A stretch of DNA of 64,000 nt from Gammaproteobacteria bacterium (GTDB taxonomy: Bacteria > Pseudomonadota > Gammaproteobacteria > Arenicellales > Poriferihabitantaceae), in contig JAPOSW010000128.1 of the NCBI GenBank assembly GCA_026709505.1, positions 20,261-84,260 of the forward strand, given 5' to 3'. How positions within the stretch are numbered: position 1 is the stretch's first letter; each line of letters begins with the position of its first letter. A program made the position numbers and the translations under genes. The notes beneath the pieces were generated by a model that saw only the letters and a list, made by a program, of their open reading frames with translations, ran no database searches and was not told the DNA's origin. This document shows positions 51,891 through 59,264 of this stretch, piece by piece.

Positions 51891-52205
51891 TTACTGGCTT
51901 TTTTTCAATGGTTCTTCATGCCCACATCGTTGGACCAGGCCTTTCAGGCGGTCCGTATGGTATTCCTGTTCAATGCGGGATGCGGCCGCTTCAACTTCTG
52001 ACTTCAAGTCATCACTACAGGGGACTGATACGCGGCGCCACTCTTGAAGATAGGCATCTGTCCCTGAAAGACCTGCACGCATCGCTGCAGCATCGATGGC
52101 GATGGCGAATCTATTGCTCAATTCGAGTTTTTCTGCCTGTCGACGCTGTTTCGCCATGACCTGAGCGGGAATGTCTCTCCAGAATACGGTTACAAGATCG
52201 GTCAT
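51891..52205 (-). CDS. Small conserved protein that accompanies corrinoid methyltransferase clusters ('virulence factor'-annotated family, by recollection)
   Basis: 104 aa. N-terminal VTVFWRDIPAQVMAK...AIDAAAMRAGLSGTDAYLQEWRR matches what I recall for this family. Function unknown. Confidence 0.5.
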   Translation of the reverse strand: MTDLVTVFWRDIPAQVMAKQRRQAEKLELSNRFAIAIDAAAMRAGLSGTDAYLQEWRRVSVPCSDDLKSEVEAAASRIEQEYHTDRLKGLVQRCGHEEPLKKSQ

Positions 52206-52217
52206 GGTCGTCGGTCC

Positions 52218-52865
52218 TTATGCTTGCGAATCGGCTACACGGCCAAAATCGTTGACGACAACCTTGAGTGAGTCGTTCAGCCCGGTGTCGCCCGTGAATT
52301 CCTGTTCGAACGCAAGCCCGAGAAACTCGGCTGCCTGGCGGGCCTTGTGTTCGGTTTTCGAATTTTGTTTCTGGGCGAGATAGATCAGTTTGCTGTAGTG
52401 TCCGAAGTACTGGTCCTTGAGCTCGGGATATCGATCGATTCCGAGTCCACTGACAATCAACCGATCGAAATTGCTGGCTAGATAATCAGTCAGGTAAAAG
52501 GTGCCGATTTCATATTCATGCAGGGCATTGAATTTTTCGGCCCCTGCGAATAGTTCATAGCAATGGGCACCGGGCAGTCGCTCGATGCCCTCTTGCTCAA
52601 TCACCTTGTCGAGCAGTCCTCCGGTTCCACAATCTGCATATCCGATGAAGATTTTGGAGAAATGATCCCGGTTCTCGCGGATTTTCTTCCGAACAGCCTC
52701 GGGGATTTTCTCCGGATAATTGTGCAACGCTGCTGGCAGGCACTGGAATTCGATATGGTTCCAGTTATTCAAGTCGCGCACTCGCACGAGTTCATGAGCA
52801 AGGGCGCCACAGGCAATCACCAGCAGCTTCCCGTTTGCACAATCTGAATGCTGTTCAGGCTGCAC
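52218..52865 (-). CDS. DUF1638-family protein
   Basis: LLVIACGALAHEL...GYADCGTGG...CYE resembles DUF1638. Start uncertain: GTG 52865 gives an 11-nt overlap with the corrinoid gene, while ATGs at 52913, 52928 and 52958 overlap more. Confidence 0.6.
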   Translation of the reverse strand: MQPEQHSDCANGKLLVIACGALAHELVRVRDLNNWNHIEFQCLPAALHNYPEKIPEAVRKKIRENRDHFSKIFIGYADCGTGGLLDKVIEQEGIERLPGAHCYELFAGAEKFNALHEYEIGTFYLTDYLASNFDRLIVSGLGIDRYPELKDQYFGHYSKLIYLAQKQNSKTEHKARQAAEFLGLAFEQEFTGDTGLNDSLKVVVNDFGRVADSQA

Positions 52866-53550
52866 GCTTCTCAGCGATTTTTGCTTGTGCCGTCTCAACG
52901 GCAACCGCAGCATCCCGACAATAGGCATCGGCACCGATAGCCTTGCCAAACTCTTCATTCAGGGGGGCCCCGCCGACCAGCACGATATAGTCTTCGCGAA
53001 TCCCCTGTTCGACCAGGGTATCGATCACGACTTTCATGTAGGGCATGGTGGTGGTCAACAGTGCAGACATGCCCAGTATATCGGGCCGGTGCTGTTCAAG
53101 AGCCTCAAGATAGTTCTCGACCGGATTGTCAATGCCGAGATCAATGACTTCGAAGCCTGCGCCTTCCATCATCATGGACACCAGATTCTTGCCGATGTCA
53201 TGGATATCCCCTTTGACGGTGCCGATCACCATCTTGCCAATCGGTTCTGCGCCGGTTTCAGCCAGCAAGGGACGGAGGATTTTCATGCCGCCTTTCATGG
53301 CATTGGCAGACATCAGGACTTCGGGAACGAACAGTATGCCGTCCCGGAAATCGATACCGACAATGCGCATGCCTTCAACAAGCGCCTCATCAAGCACCCT
53401 GGTTGCGGCCCAGCCGCGATCGAGCAGTATCTGTGTGCCTTCGATAATCTCGTCACGCAGACCATCATAGAGATCATCATGCATCTGCTCTACCAGTTCT
53501 TCATCTGACAGGGCAGACAGGTCAATATCATCGTATTCTTCTTCGCTCAT
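52855..53550 (-). CDS. Corrinoid (cobalamin-binding) protein, MtgC/MetH B12-domain-like
   Basis: B12 cap helix region, then the Rossmann B12 domain with DxHxxG (VKGDIHDIGKNLV) and SALLTTT. Strongly acidic N-terminus. Confidence 0.85.
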   Translation of the reverse strand: MSEEEYDDIDLSALSDEELVEQMHDDLYDGLRDEIIEGTQILLDRGWAATRVLDEALVEGMRIVGIDFRDGILFVPEVLMSANAMKGGMKILRPLLAETGAEPIGKMVIGTVKGDIHDIGKNLVSMMMEGAGFEVIDLGIDNPVENYLEALEQHRPDILGMSALLTTTMPYMKVVIDTLVEQGIREDYIVLVGGAPLNEEFGKAIGADAYCRDAAVAVETAQAKIAEKRAA

Positions 53551-54226
53551 CGTGGCTACCCATACGAAAAAATAACCGAAAACCAAGACCACTGCGGAGG
53601 TATTCGCAAGCCCGAGGCATTTTTTGGAATATACAAATCCGCTATCATTTCGATATGTCCATTTGCGACAATAAAAACGGATTTTACGACTCTATATTGA
53701 AGATTCCTTGAATTTTCCGAACTATTTTGAAAAGATTATCATTAATTTGAAAATACGAAACCGGCGTGGACCTGTTTTCGGCAATTTCATCGAAGGTCAT
53801 GCTGCAGCGCACACGGGATTCAAGTTATCCAATGACTGCTTCGAGAGGGTCACGGAATCATACAGGGTATCGAGGGTGCTTTCGGGTTTTCCATTTACGG
53901 ATTGGGGCATACCGCCAATATTGCAAGGTAAAAAGCCAAACAGACCGGAGGCGATACCATGCAGCTAACACCAGCGGAAATAACCCTGTTGATCAACCAG
54001 CACAAAATTCTGAAAATTCTTGATCCTGAGAGGCATCGCCATGCCAGACCCCGACAATGAGGCCTGAAGTCGCCGGAGAATGTTTTCCCTCCCGGACGCT
54101 GGGAAGCATCAGGCAGTGCTTCGCCAGCGGTGGCGTGTTTCTGAGTCATGCCGCAGAACAATATGAAAAAATGGGTGATGGGCTGTTGATGCTTGACCCT
54201 GTCGTGAACAATAGGCCGGGGATTTA

Positions 54227-54526
54227 TGGTGCGGGCGGAGGGAGTCGAACCCTCACTGCCATCTGGCAAACGGATTTTCGTACCAGCTACGATTTGCACC
54301 GCCCTCATGATTCGAGGTTTGTGGTCTGGACTATCCCTTCACCCTAGCTGTTTGCCTTAGGTGCTGCCCGTCTAGTCTCTACACCTTCCCGTTCGAAATC
54401 GGGCTTGGCTCGGGATTGCCATATTCCAGGTTTTTCCGAGTTTGAGCAGTTCTACATTTCCGGTTTCCCGAAAAGCACTCAAATTATAATTAAGTCCGTT
54501 GCGTCTACCGATTCCGCCACGCCCGC
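54227..54526 (-). tRNA. tRNA-Leu(UAA) gene interrupted by a group I intron. Exons 54526-54492 and 54278-54227; CCA encoded.
   Basis: The joined exons give GCGGGCG-UG-GCGGAAUCGGUAGACGC-A-ACGGA-CUUAAAA-UCCGU-UUGCCAGAUGGCAGU-GAGGG-UUCGACU-CCCUC-CGCCCGC-ACCA. This has a 7-bp acceptor stem, a 5-bp anticodon stem, a long variable arm and a canonical T loop. Confidence 0.9.
54279..54491 (-). ncRNA. Group I intron (IC3-like), 213 nt, no ORF, inserted between U34 and A35 of the anticodon
   Basis: Core strings CUCAAACUCGGAAAAACCU, GGCAAUCCCGAGCCAAGCC, GAAGGUGUAGAGACUAGACGGGCAGCACCUAAGGCAAAC and GGGAUAGUCCAGAC. Terminal G (54279) immediately before the 3' exon. 5' exon ends in U. Confidence 0.85.
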
Positions 54527-54545
54527 AAGATTTTGATGAAAGTGT

Positions 54546-54573
54546 AGTTTATGATAAGAGAGATTCATGTCAA
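54546..54573 (-). promoter_or_regulatory. Candidate sigma70 promoter of the tRNA-Leu gene
   Basis: Minus strand: TTGACA - 16 nt - TAAACT, ending 19 nt upstream of tRNA position +1. Confidence 0.4.
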
Positions 54574-54765
54574 TAGCTTGTACCGGCAGAAACTCTGAAG
54601 CAGGGCAATGCGCAATGCAGGAAGTAAATGAACGGATAAGTTGAACCTGCGCTTCCATGGTGTAAGCGGACATTCCATATGCAAAACGGTATCAGCCTGT
54701 TGCGGATGCTCAAACGTCAAATCCACTCGGAGCTATCAGATGATCCGAATCCAGGCGTGAAATCT

Positions 54766-55572
54766 CTAGCGTTCATGTAACTGGCTGTTCGCTTCTTTCG
54801 GCGAATTCAACTCCTTTATCCGCTGAACGGCCTTTCCTCGAATGTTTTCCTGATAAACCTCCTGTGCCGGAAGTTCCGCAACACGCAGCAGGAGGCCTTC
54901 TGCCTTTTTTCGATATTTCCTCTTGCCCAAAGCCAGATATCCATTCGCAGACCCGTAATGAGTATCAATGCCATCGGGATCCAATTCCAAAGCTCGCTCA
55001 ATATGAAAAAAAGCATCCTTCCTGTTCGCGCCAAAAAGAACCCCCGCCAGAAACGACCCCATAACTTCAATGAGACCCGCATGCCAGCTGCCCAAAGCAA
55101 GATGGGCATCTGCAGAATTGTCGTCCAGCGACAAGGCAATTTCGAGATGCTCGCGAATCTGCTCGGCATACTTCTCATTCATCGCCTTGATTCGCCCAAT
55201 GCCCTGTGCATATTTGCCCATCGCTCTTACCAGCTCGAAATGTCCCCGCAAACTTTTTGGATCAATCTCAACCGCTCTCTCTGCCAAGTCCATCGCATGG
55301 CGAAATAATCCGCTCTGCTCCTCCTTTTCGGCATAGTAAAGTGCATGTGTGTTGAGTGAATTTGCCGCAAGAGCAAAACCGCTTGCGCCGCCAATCTTTT
55401 CAGCAATTTGAGCGGCTTCCAGATAACGACCTTCAGCATAGGCCGTTCCTGCTTCTTCCAGAGATGCCGCTCTGGCACCTCCAGAAATGAATGCCAAGCA
55501 AGCAAGCAGAACCCAGTAGCGGCTACACCTGTCGATGTTGCGCCTGTCCGTGAATTTTGCTGAACAAGTCAT
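54766..55572 (-). CDS. Secreted helical-repeat (TPR/Sel1-like) protein, function unknown
   Basis: Signal peptide (YWVLLACLAFISGGARAA) and repeated A..Y..G.Y..A-type helical units. Confidence 0.5.
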   Translation of the reverse strand: MTCSAKFTDRRNIDRCSRYWVLLACLAFISGGARAASLEEAGTAYAEGRYLEAAQIAEKIGGASGFALAANSLNTHALYYAEKEEQSGLFRHAMDLAERAVEIDPKSLRGHFELVRAMGKYAQGIGRIKAMNEKYAEQIREHLEIALSLDDNSADAHLALGSWHAGLIEVMGSFLAGVLFGANRKDAFFHIERALELDPDGIDTHYGSANGYLALGKRKYRKKAEGLLLRVAELPAQEVYQENIRGKAVQRIKELNSPKEANSQLHER

Positions 55573-55609
55573 CGCTAGAACCAGAATTGGATGCCATGAT
55601 CAGCCAATT

Positions 55610-56116
55610 TCATTGAACGCCCAGTCCTGCCAGAAACTCGGGGTCTTTGTATTCAATCAGCCTCTGGGAACTGTCTTCAAAAGATTTCCACATTTCCAGA
55701 AAACCAATCCCGGCAAGCGGATGAATATCTTCGGGATACAAGTCAGACAAGGGCTTAAGAACAAATGCATACTTGGTGATCTCGTCTCGGGGTATATTGA
55801 ATTCAGAATCACAAAGATCACCATAAAGCAGCAAATCAATATCCAGTACCCGGTCATCAAACGTTTTCGGCCCCTTGACCCGGCCTAGATTTTTCTCGAC
55901 ATCCTGCATGTGGGTCCGGATTTGTTCGACCGGCGATGATGAGTGCAGTCCAACAACCAGATTCAAGAAAGCCGCACCCTGAAATCCCACCGACTCCGTC
56001 TCGTATACTGGCGAAATCTCAAGCTGCCCGTATTCGTCTCGAATAGCGCCCACCGCACTGGTGATATTCTCTTCTCGATTGATATTGCTGCCAAGCCCAA
56101 GCACCACACGAATCAT
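55610..56116 (-). CDS. folK: 2-amino-4-hydroxy-6-hydroxymethyldihydropteridine diphosphokinase
   Basis: VVLGLGSNI...SPVYETESVG...LDIDLLLYG. Confidence 0.85.
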   Translation of the reverse strand: MIRVVLGLGSNINREENITSAVGAIRDEYGQLEISPVYETESVGFQGAAFLNLVVGLHSSSPVEQIRTHMQDVEKNLGRVKGPKTFDDRVLDIDLLLYGDLCDSEFNIPRDEITKYAFVLKPLSDLYPEDIHPLAGIGFLEMWKSFEDSSQRLIEYKDPEFLAGLGVQ

Positions 56117-56493
56117 GTCCTGCTGCCCCGCTCAATAATTATTCCGACGTCCCGCGCACCCGAAACAGCCCCAAACTTGTTGAGCCTGACCCGGCACCAT
56201 GTCGCTGGAAACTCATTCAGTATAATCCTGGCAATCTCTTCTGCCAGCTTCTCGAGCAAATTGAATTTTGACTCCGCCACAAAACTCGCCACTCTTTTTG
56301 CCACATCCTTGTAGCTCAAGGTATCTTTCAGACAATCGGATTCTGCCGACTTGATGGTTTCAAACCCCATATCCAGGTCAATCACCAGACTCTGAACAAT
56401 GCGCTGCTCCCATTCCCAGCAACCGATCACGCAATCGACTTTTAAACCATGTAGGTAGATAATATCCATAACCGAAACAACAGCTGCATTCAC
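56113..56493 (-). CDS. folB: Dihydroneopterin aldolase
   Basis: MDIIYLHGLKVDCVIGCWEWEQ...Q.LVIDLDM...D.L.DTLSY. ATGA overlap with folK. Confidence 0.85.
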   Translation of the reverse strand: MNAAVVSVMDIIYLHGLKVDCVIGCWEWEQRIVQSLVIDLDMGFETIKSAESDCLKDTLSYKDVAKRVASFVAESKFNLLEKLAEEIARIILNEFPATWCRVRLNKFGAVSGARDVGIIIERGSRT

Positions 56494-56508
56494 CTCTCTT
56501 TCAAACCA

Positions 56509-57099
56509 TTGGATTATACACTCCCCATACTTGCCTATCTGATCGGCTCGATCTCCTGTTCAGTCCTGATTTGCAGGCTGGCCGGACTGCCGGACCCCCG
56601 GCAAACCGGCTCCAATAACCCTGGCGCCACCAATGTACTCCGAATCGGTGGCAAGCAGGTTGCCGCCCTGGCCTTGATTGGCGATATCCTCAAGGGCTGT
56701 TTACCCGTCATGCTTGCCAGCCTGATCACCAGTGACACTCTGATCTTGAGCCTGGCGGGCCTGTCTGCCTTTCTAGGACATCTGTACCCGATCTTCTTTC
56801 AATTCAAGGGAGGCAAAGGTGTAGCGACTGCTGCTGGCGTCTATCTGGCTCTGGCGTGGCCTGTCGCACTGGCCTTGATTGTCATCTGGCTGATCACCGC
56901 ATTGATGTTCAAGTATTCATCGGCGGCATCACTGGCCGCAGCAATTTCAGCACCAGTACTGATTGAAATTCATCTGCATGATATATTCCACACCCTGTCC
57001 GGCACGCTGATCGCCGCGCTGGTCTTTTGGCGACACCGCGCAAACCTGCTGCGCCTAAAAAAGGGGACGGAGAGTAAAATCAGGCTGCAGCGACCCTGA
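56509..57099 (+). CDS. plsY: Glycerol-3-phosphate acyltransferase (acyl-phosphate dependent)
   Basis: YLIGSI....I.......DPR..GS.NPGATNVLR, FKGGKGVAT. TTG start in the ORF track. Confidence 0.9.
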   Translation: MDYTLPILAYLIGSISCSVLICRLAGLPDPRQTGSNNPGATNVLRIGGKQVAALALIGDILKGCLPVMLASLITSDTLILSLAGLSAFLGHLYPIFFQFKGGKGVATAAGVYLALAWPVALALIVIWLITALMFKYSSAASLAAAISAPVLIEIHLHDIFHTLSGTLIAALVFWRHRANLLRLKKGTESKIRLQRP

Positions 57100-57225
57100 T
57101 ACTGTTCGATTGAGATTGAAATCCCTTCACTTGATTCCGCTATTTCTGCCTTCAAGGCGGGGTAAACCTGGATACAATTTCACCGACTCATTCAAGACAT
57201 CACTTCTTTCAGGATTACAGAAGCC

Positions 57226-58281
57226 TTGACCATACTGCCTGAACTTCTCAAGGAACGCGGAGTCCTGCTCGCTGACGGGGCGACTGGATCGAACCTGTTC
57301 AAAATGGGTCTGCAGTCCGGGGATGCCCCAGAATTGTGGAATGACTTGTTTCCGGATCGTATTGCGGCCAACTACCGGAGCTTCATTGAGGCGGGTTCGG
57401 ATATTATTCTGACCAATACATTCGGCGGTAACCGGTTTCGCCTTGGACTTCACGATTCGTCAGATCGAGTTCATGAGCTCAATGTAAAGGCCGCCAGCAT
57501 CGCGAAGGCTGAGGTCAATAAAGCCTCAAAGCGAATTATCGTCGCCGGTTCAATCGGGCCCACCGGCGAAATTCTGGAACCACTCGGTTCACTCAGTATC
57601 GAAAGCGCGGCGGAAGTATTCGCTGAACAGGCCCTGGCACTCGAAGAGGGAGGCGTCGACTTGCTCTGGATCGAAACCATGTCTTCGCTCGAAGAGGCCA
57701 CAGCAGCACTGCAGGGAGTCGCCGCATGCAGCCTGCCATCGGTCCTCACCTTCAGTGTGGATACCAATGGCCGAACCATGATGGGGCTGACCCCTGCCGA
57801 CATTATCAGGTTCGCATCCGAAACCCTGCATAGACCTCAGGCCGTCGGTGCTAATTGCGGGATTGGCGCCGCCGATCTTGTCGCCAGCCTGATCAACATG
57901 CATCATGCAGCCAAGGACCTTTCCATCCCGATAATCGTCATCGCCAAGGCAAACTGCGGCGTCCCGGAATACATTGACGGCGAGATTGTCTACAGCGGGA
58001 CCGAGGAAGTCATGTCGGACTACGCCTGTATTGCCATGGATGCCGGAGCCAGAATCATCGGCGGCTGTTGCGGTACTACACCCAGCCATATCCGCGCAAT
58101 GCGCAAGGCTATTGACAGGCACCAGACAGGCGAGTTGCCCGATATCGACAAAATCGAGGCCAGCTTGGGTACAATCACTGCAGGAGCTCGCTCACAGATG
58201 CTCGGAGACCTGAGCATCGCCGGCGGTGCAAAACGCCCGCCACGAGAACGCAAATCAAGACGCTCTCGTCGTGATGCATGA
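57226..58281 (+). CDS. Homocysteine S-methyltransferase family protein (MetH Hcy-domain / BHMT-like, zinc-dependent)
   Basis: VLLADGATGSNLF, TNTFGGN, the Zn ligands ANCG and IGGCCGTTPSHI. Arg-rich C-terminal tail. TTG start in the ORF track. Confidence 0.8.
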   Translation: MTILPELLKERGVLLADGATGSNLFKMGLQSGDAPELWNDLFPDRIAANYRSFIEAGSDIILTNTFGGNRFRLGLHDSSDRVHELNVKAASIAKAEVNKASKRIIVAGSIGPTGEILEPLGSLSIESAAEVFAEQALALEEGGVDLLWIETMSSLEEATAALQGVAACSLPSVLTFSVDTNGRTMMGLTPADIIRFASETLHRPQAVGANCGIGAADLVASLINMHHAAKDLSIPIIVIAKANCGVPEYIDGEIVYSGTEEVMSDYACIAMDAGARIIGGCCGTTPSHIRAMRKAIDRHQTGELPDIDKIEASLGTITAGARSQMLGDLSIAGGAKRPPRERKSRRSRRDA

Positions 58282-58322
58282 CCCCACAAGCTTAAACTGA
58301 GCACAGCTGAAGATCAAAAGCC

Positions 58323-59264
58323 ATGAAAACCGCCTACATCTATGATCCCGTTTTTCTGGATCACCATACCGGTATGGGCCATCCCGAAACAAGCCAGCGA
58401 CTCGTCTCGGCGCATACTCATTTGGCTTCGCAGGATTTCTTCGACAAACTTATCCTGCTCAAGCCGCGCGATGCTGAAATCAAATGGGTCGAAACCATTC
58501 ATCAACCGGAATACATCGAACGAGTCAAGTCATCCTGTGAAGCCGGCATGCGCATGATCGATACCCCGGATGTTCAGGTCTGCTCTGTATCGTATGAGGT
58601 ATCAATCAAGGCAGCGGGCTCTCTTCTGGAATTGTCTGATCGAGTCATGTCCGGTGAAGCTGACAACGGATTCGCAATGGTGCGCCCCCCGGGACACCAT
58701 GCCGAAAATTCAACCGCCATGGGCTTCTGCCTGTTCAATAGCGTAGCCATTGCAGCCCGCTACCTCCAGCAGCAATACCATCTCGAACGAATATTGATTC
58801 TTGACTGGGACGTTCATCATGGAAACGGAACCCAACATGCCTTCGAAGAGGATCCGAATGTGCTTTACATCAGCCTGCACCAGTATCCGCACTACCCGGG
58901 AACCGGTGCCCTATACGAGACCGGTACCGGCAAAGGAGAAGGAGCAACCCTGAATTGCCCCATGAGCGGCGGCTCAGGCGACGCTGTATATCGGGAAGCC
59001 TTCAAGGAGAAAATCCTGCCGGCCGCTTGCACCTTCAATCCCGACGCAATTCTGATCTCTGCTGGATTTGACGCTCATCATGCCGATCCCCTCGCCAGTA
59101 TCCGGCTCGATACAGAGAGCTATGGCTGGATGACCGAAGAGATGATGTCCCTGGCTGAAAAGCATTGTGAAGGAAGGCTGATCTCTGTGCTTGAAGGAGG
59201 TTATGACTTCACGGCCCTTGCCGAGTCAGTCACCAAACACGTTCGGGTGCTGAGTCAGTCCTGA
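58323..59264 (+). CDS. Histone-deacetylase-family amidohydrolase (acetoin utilisation/APAH-like)
   Basis: RPPGHHA, ILDWDVHHGNGTQ, SAGFDAH, EGGY. Confidence 0.85.
   Translation: MKTAYIYDPVFLDHHTGMGHPETSQRLVSAHTHLASQDFFDKLILLKPRDAEIKWVETIHQPEYIERVKSSCEAGMRMIDTPDVQVCSVSYEVSIKAAGSLLELSDRVMSGEADNGFAMVRPPGHHAENSTAMGFCLFNSVAIAARYLQQQYHLERILILDWDVHHGNGTQHAFEEDPNVLYISLHQYPHYPGTGALYETGTGKGEGATLNCPMSGGSGDAVYREAFKEKILPAACTFNPDAILISAGFDAHHADPLASIRLDTESYGWMTEEMMSLAEKHCEGRLISVLEGGYDFTALAESVTKHVRVLSQS

Noticed and set aside
53551-53960. Cobalamin riboswitch upstream of the corrinoid-protein operon, and likewise upstream of the MttB gene (46597-46755)
   Set aside because: I could not find a B12-box-like element (GCCACUG / AGYCMGG..CCKGCC type) on the relevant strands. 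A covariance-model scan would be needed to exclude one formally.
54279-54491. Homing endonuclease or other ORF inside the group I intron
   Set aside because: The intron is only 213 nt and consists essentially of the ribozyme core. No start-to-stop frame of meaningful length fits inside it.
54227-54526. tmRNA (ssrA). The T-arm plus ACCA at 54227-54250 with a long upstream non-tRNA stretch first suggested a tmRNA 3' end.
   Set aside because: The 5' partner at 54526-54492 forms a complete D-arm and anticodon stem of tRNA-Leu, not a tmRNA 5' end. The interior has no tag reading frame or pseudoknot pattern. Instead it carries group I intron core sequences.
53895-54673. ORFs 53895-54308(-), 54057-54347(+) and 54479-54673(-) from the six-frame track
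   Set aside because: They lie across the tRNA-Leu exons and the group I intron. They have no domain features and are fully explained by the RNA gene.
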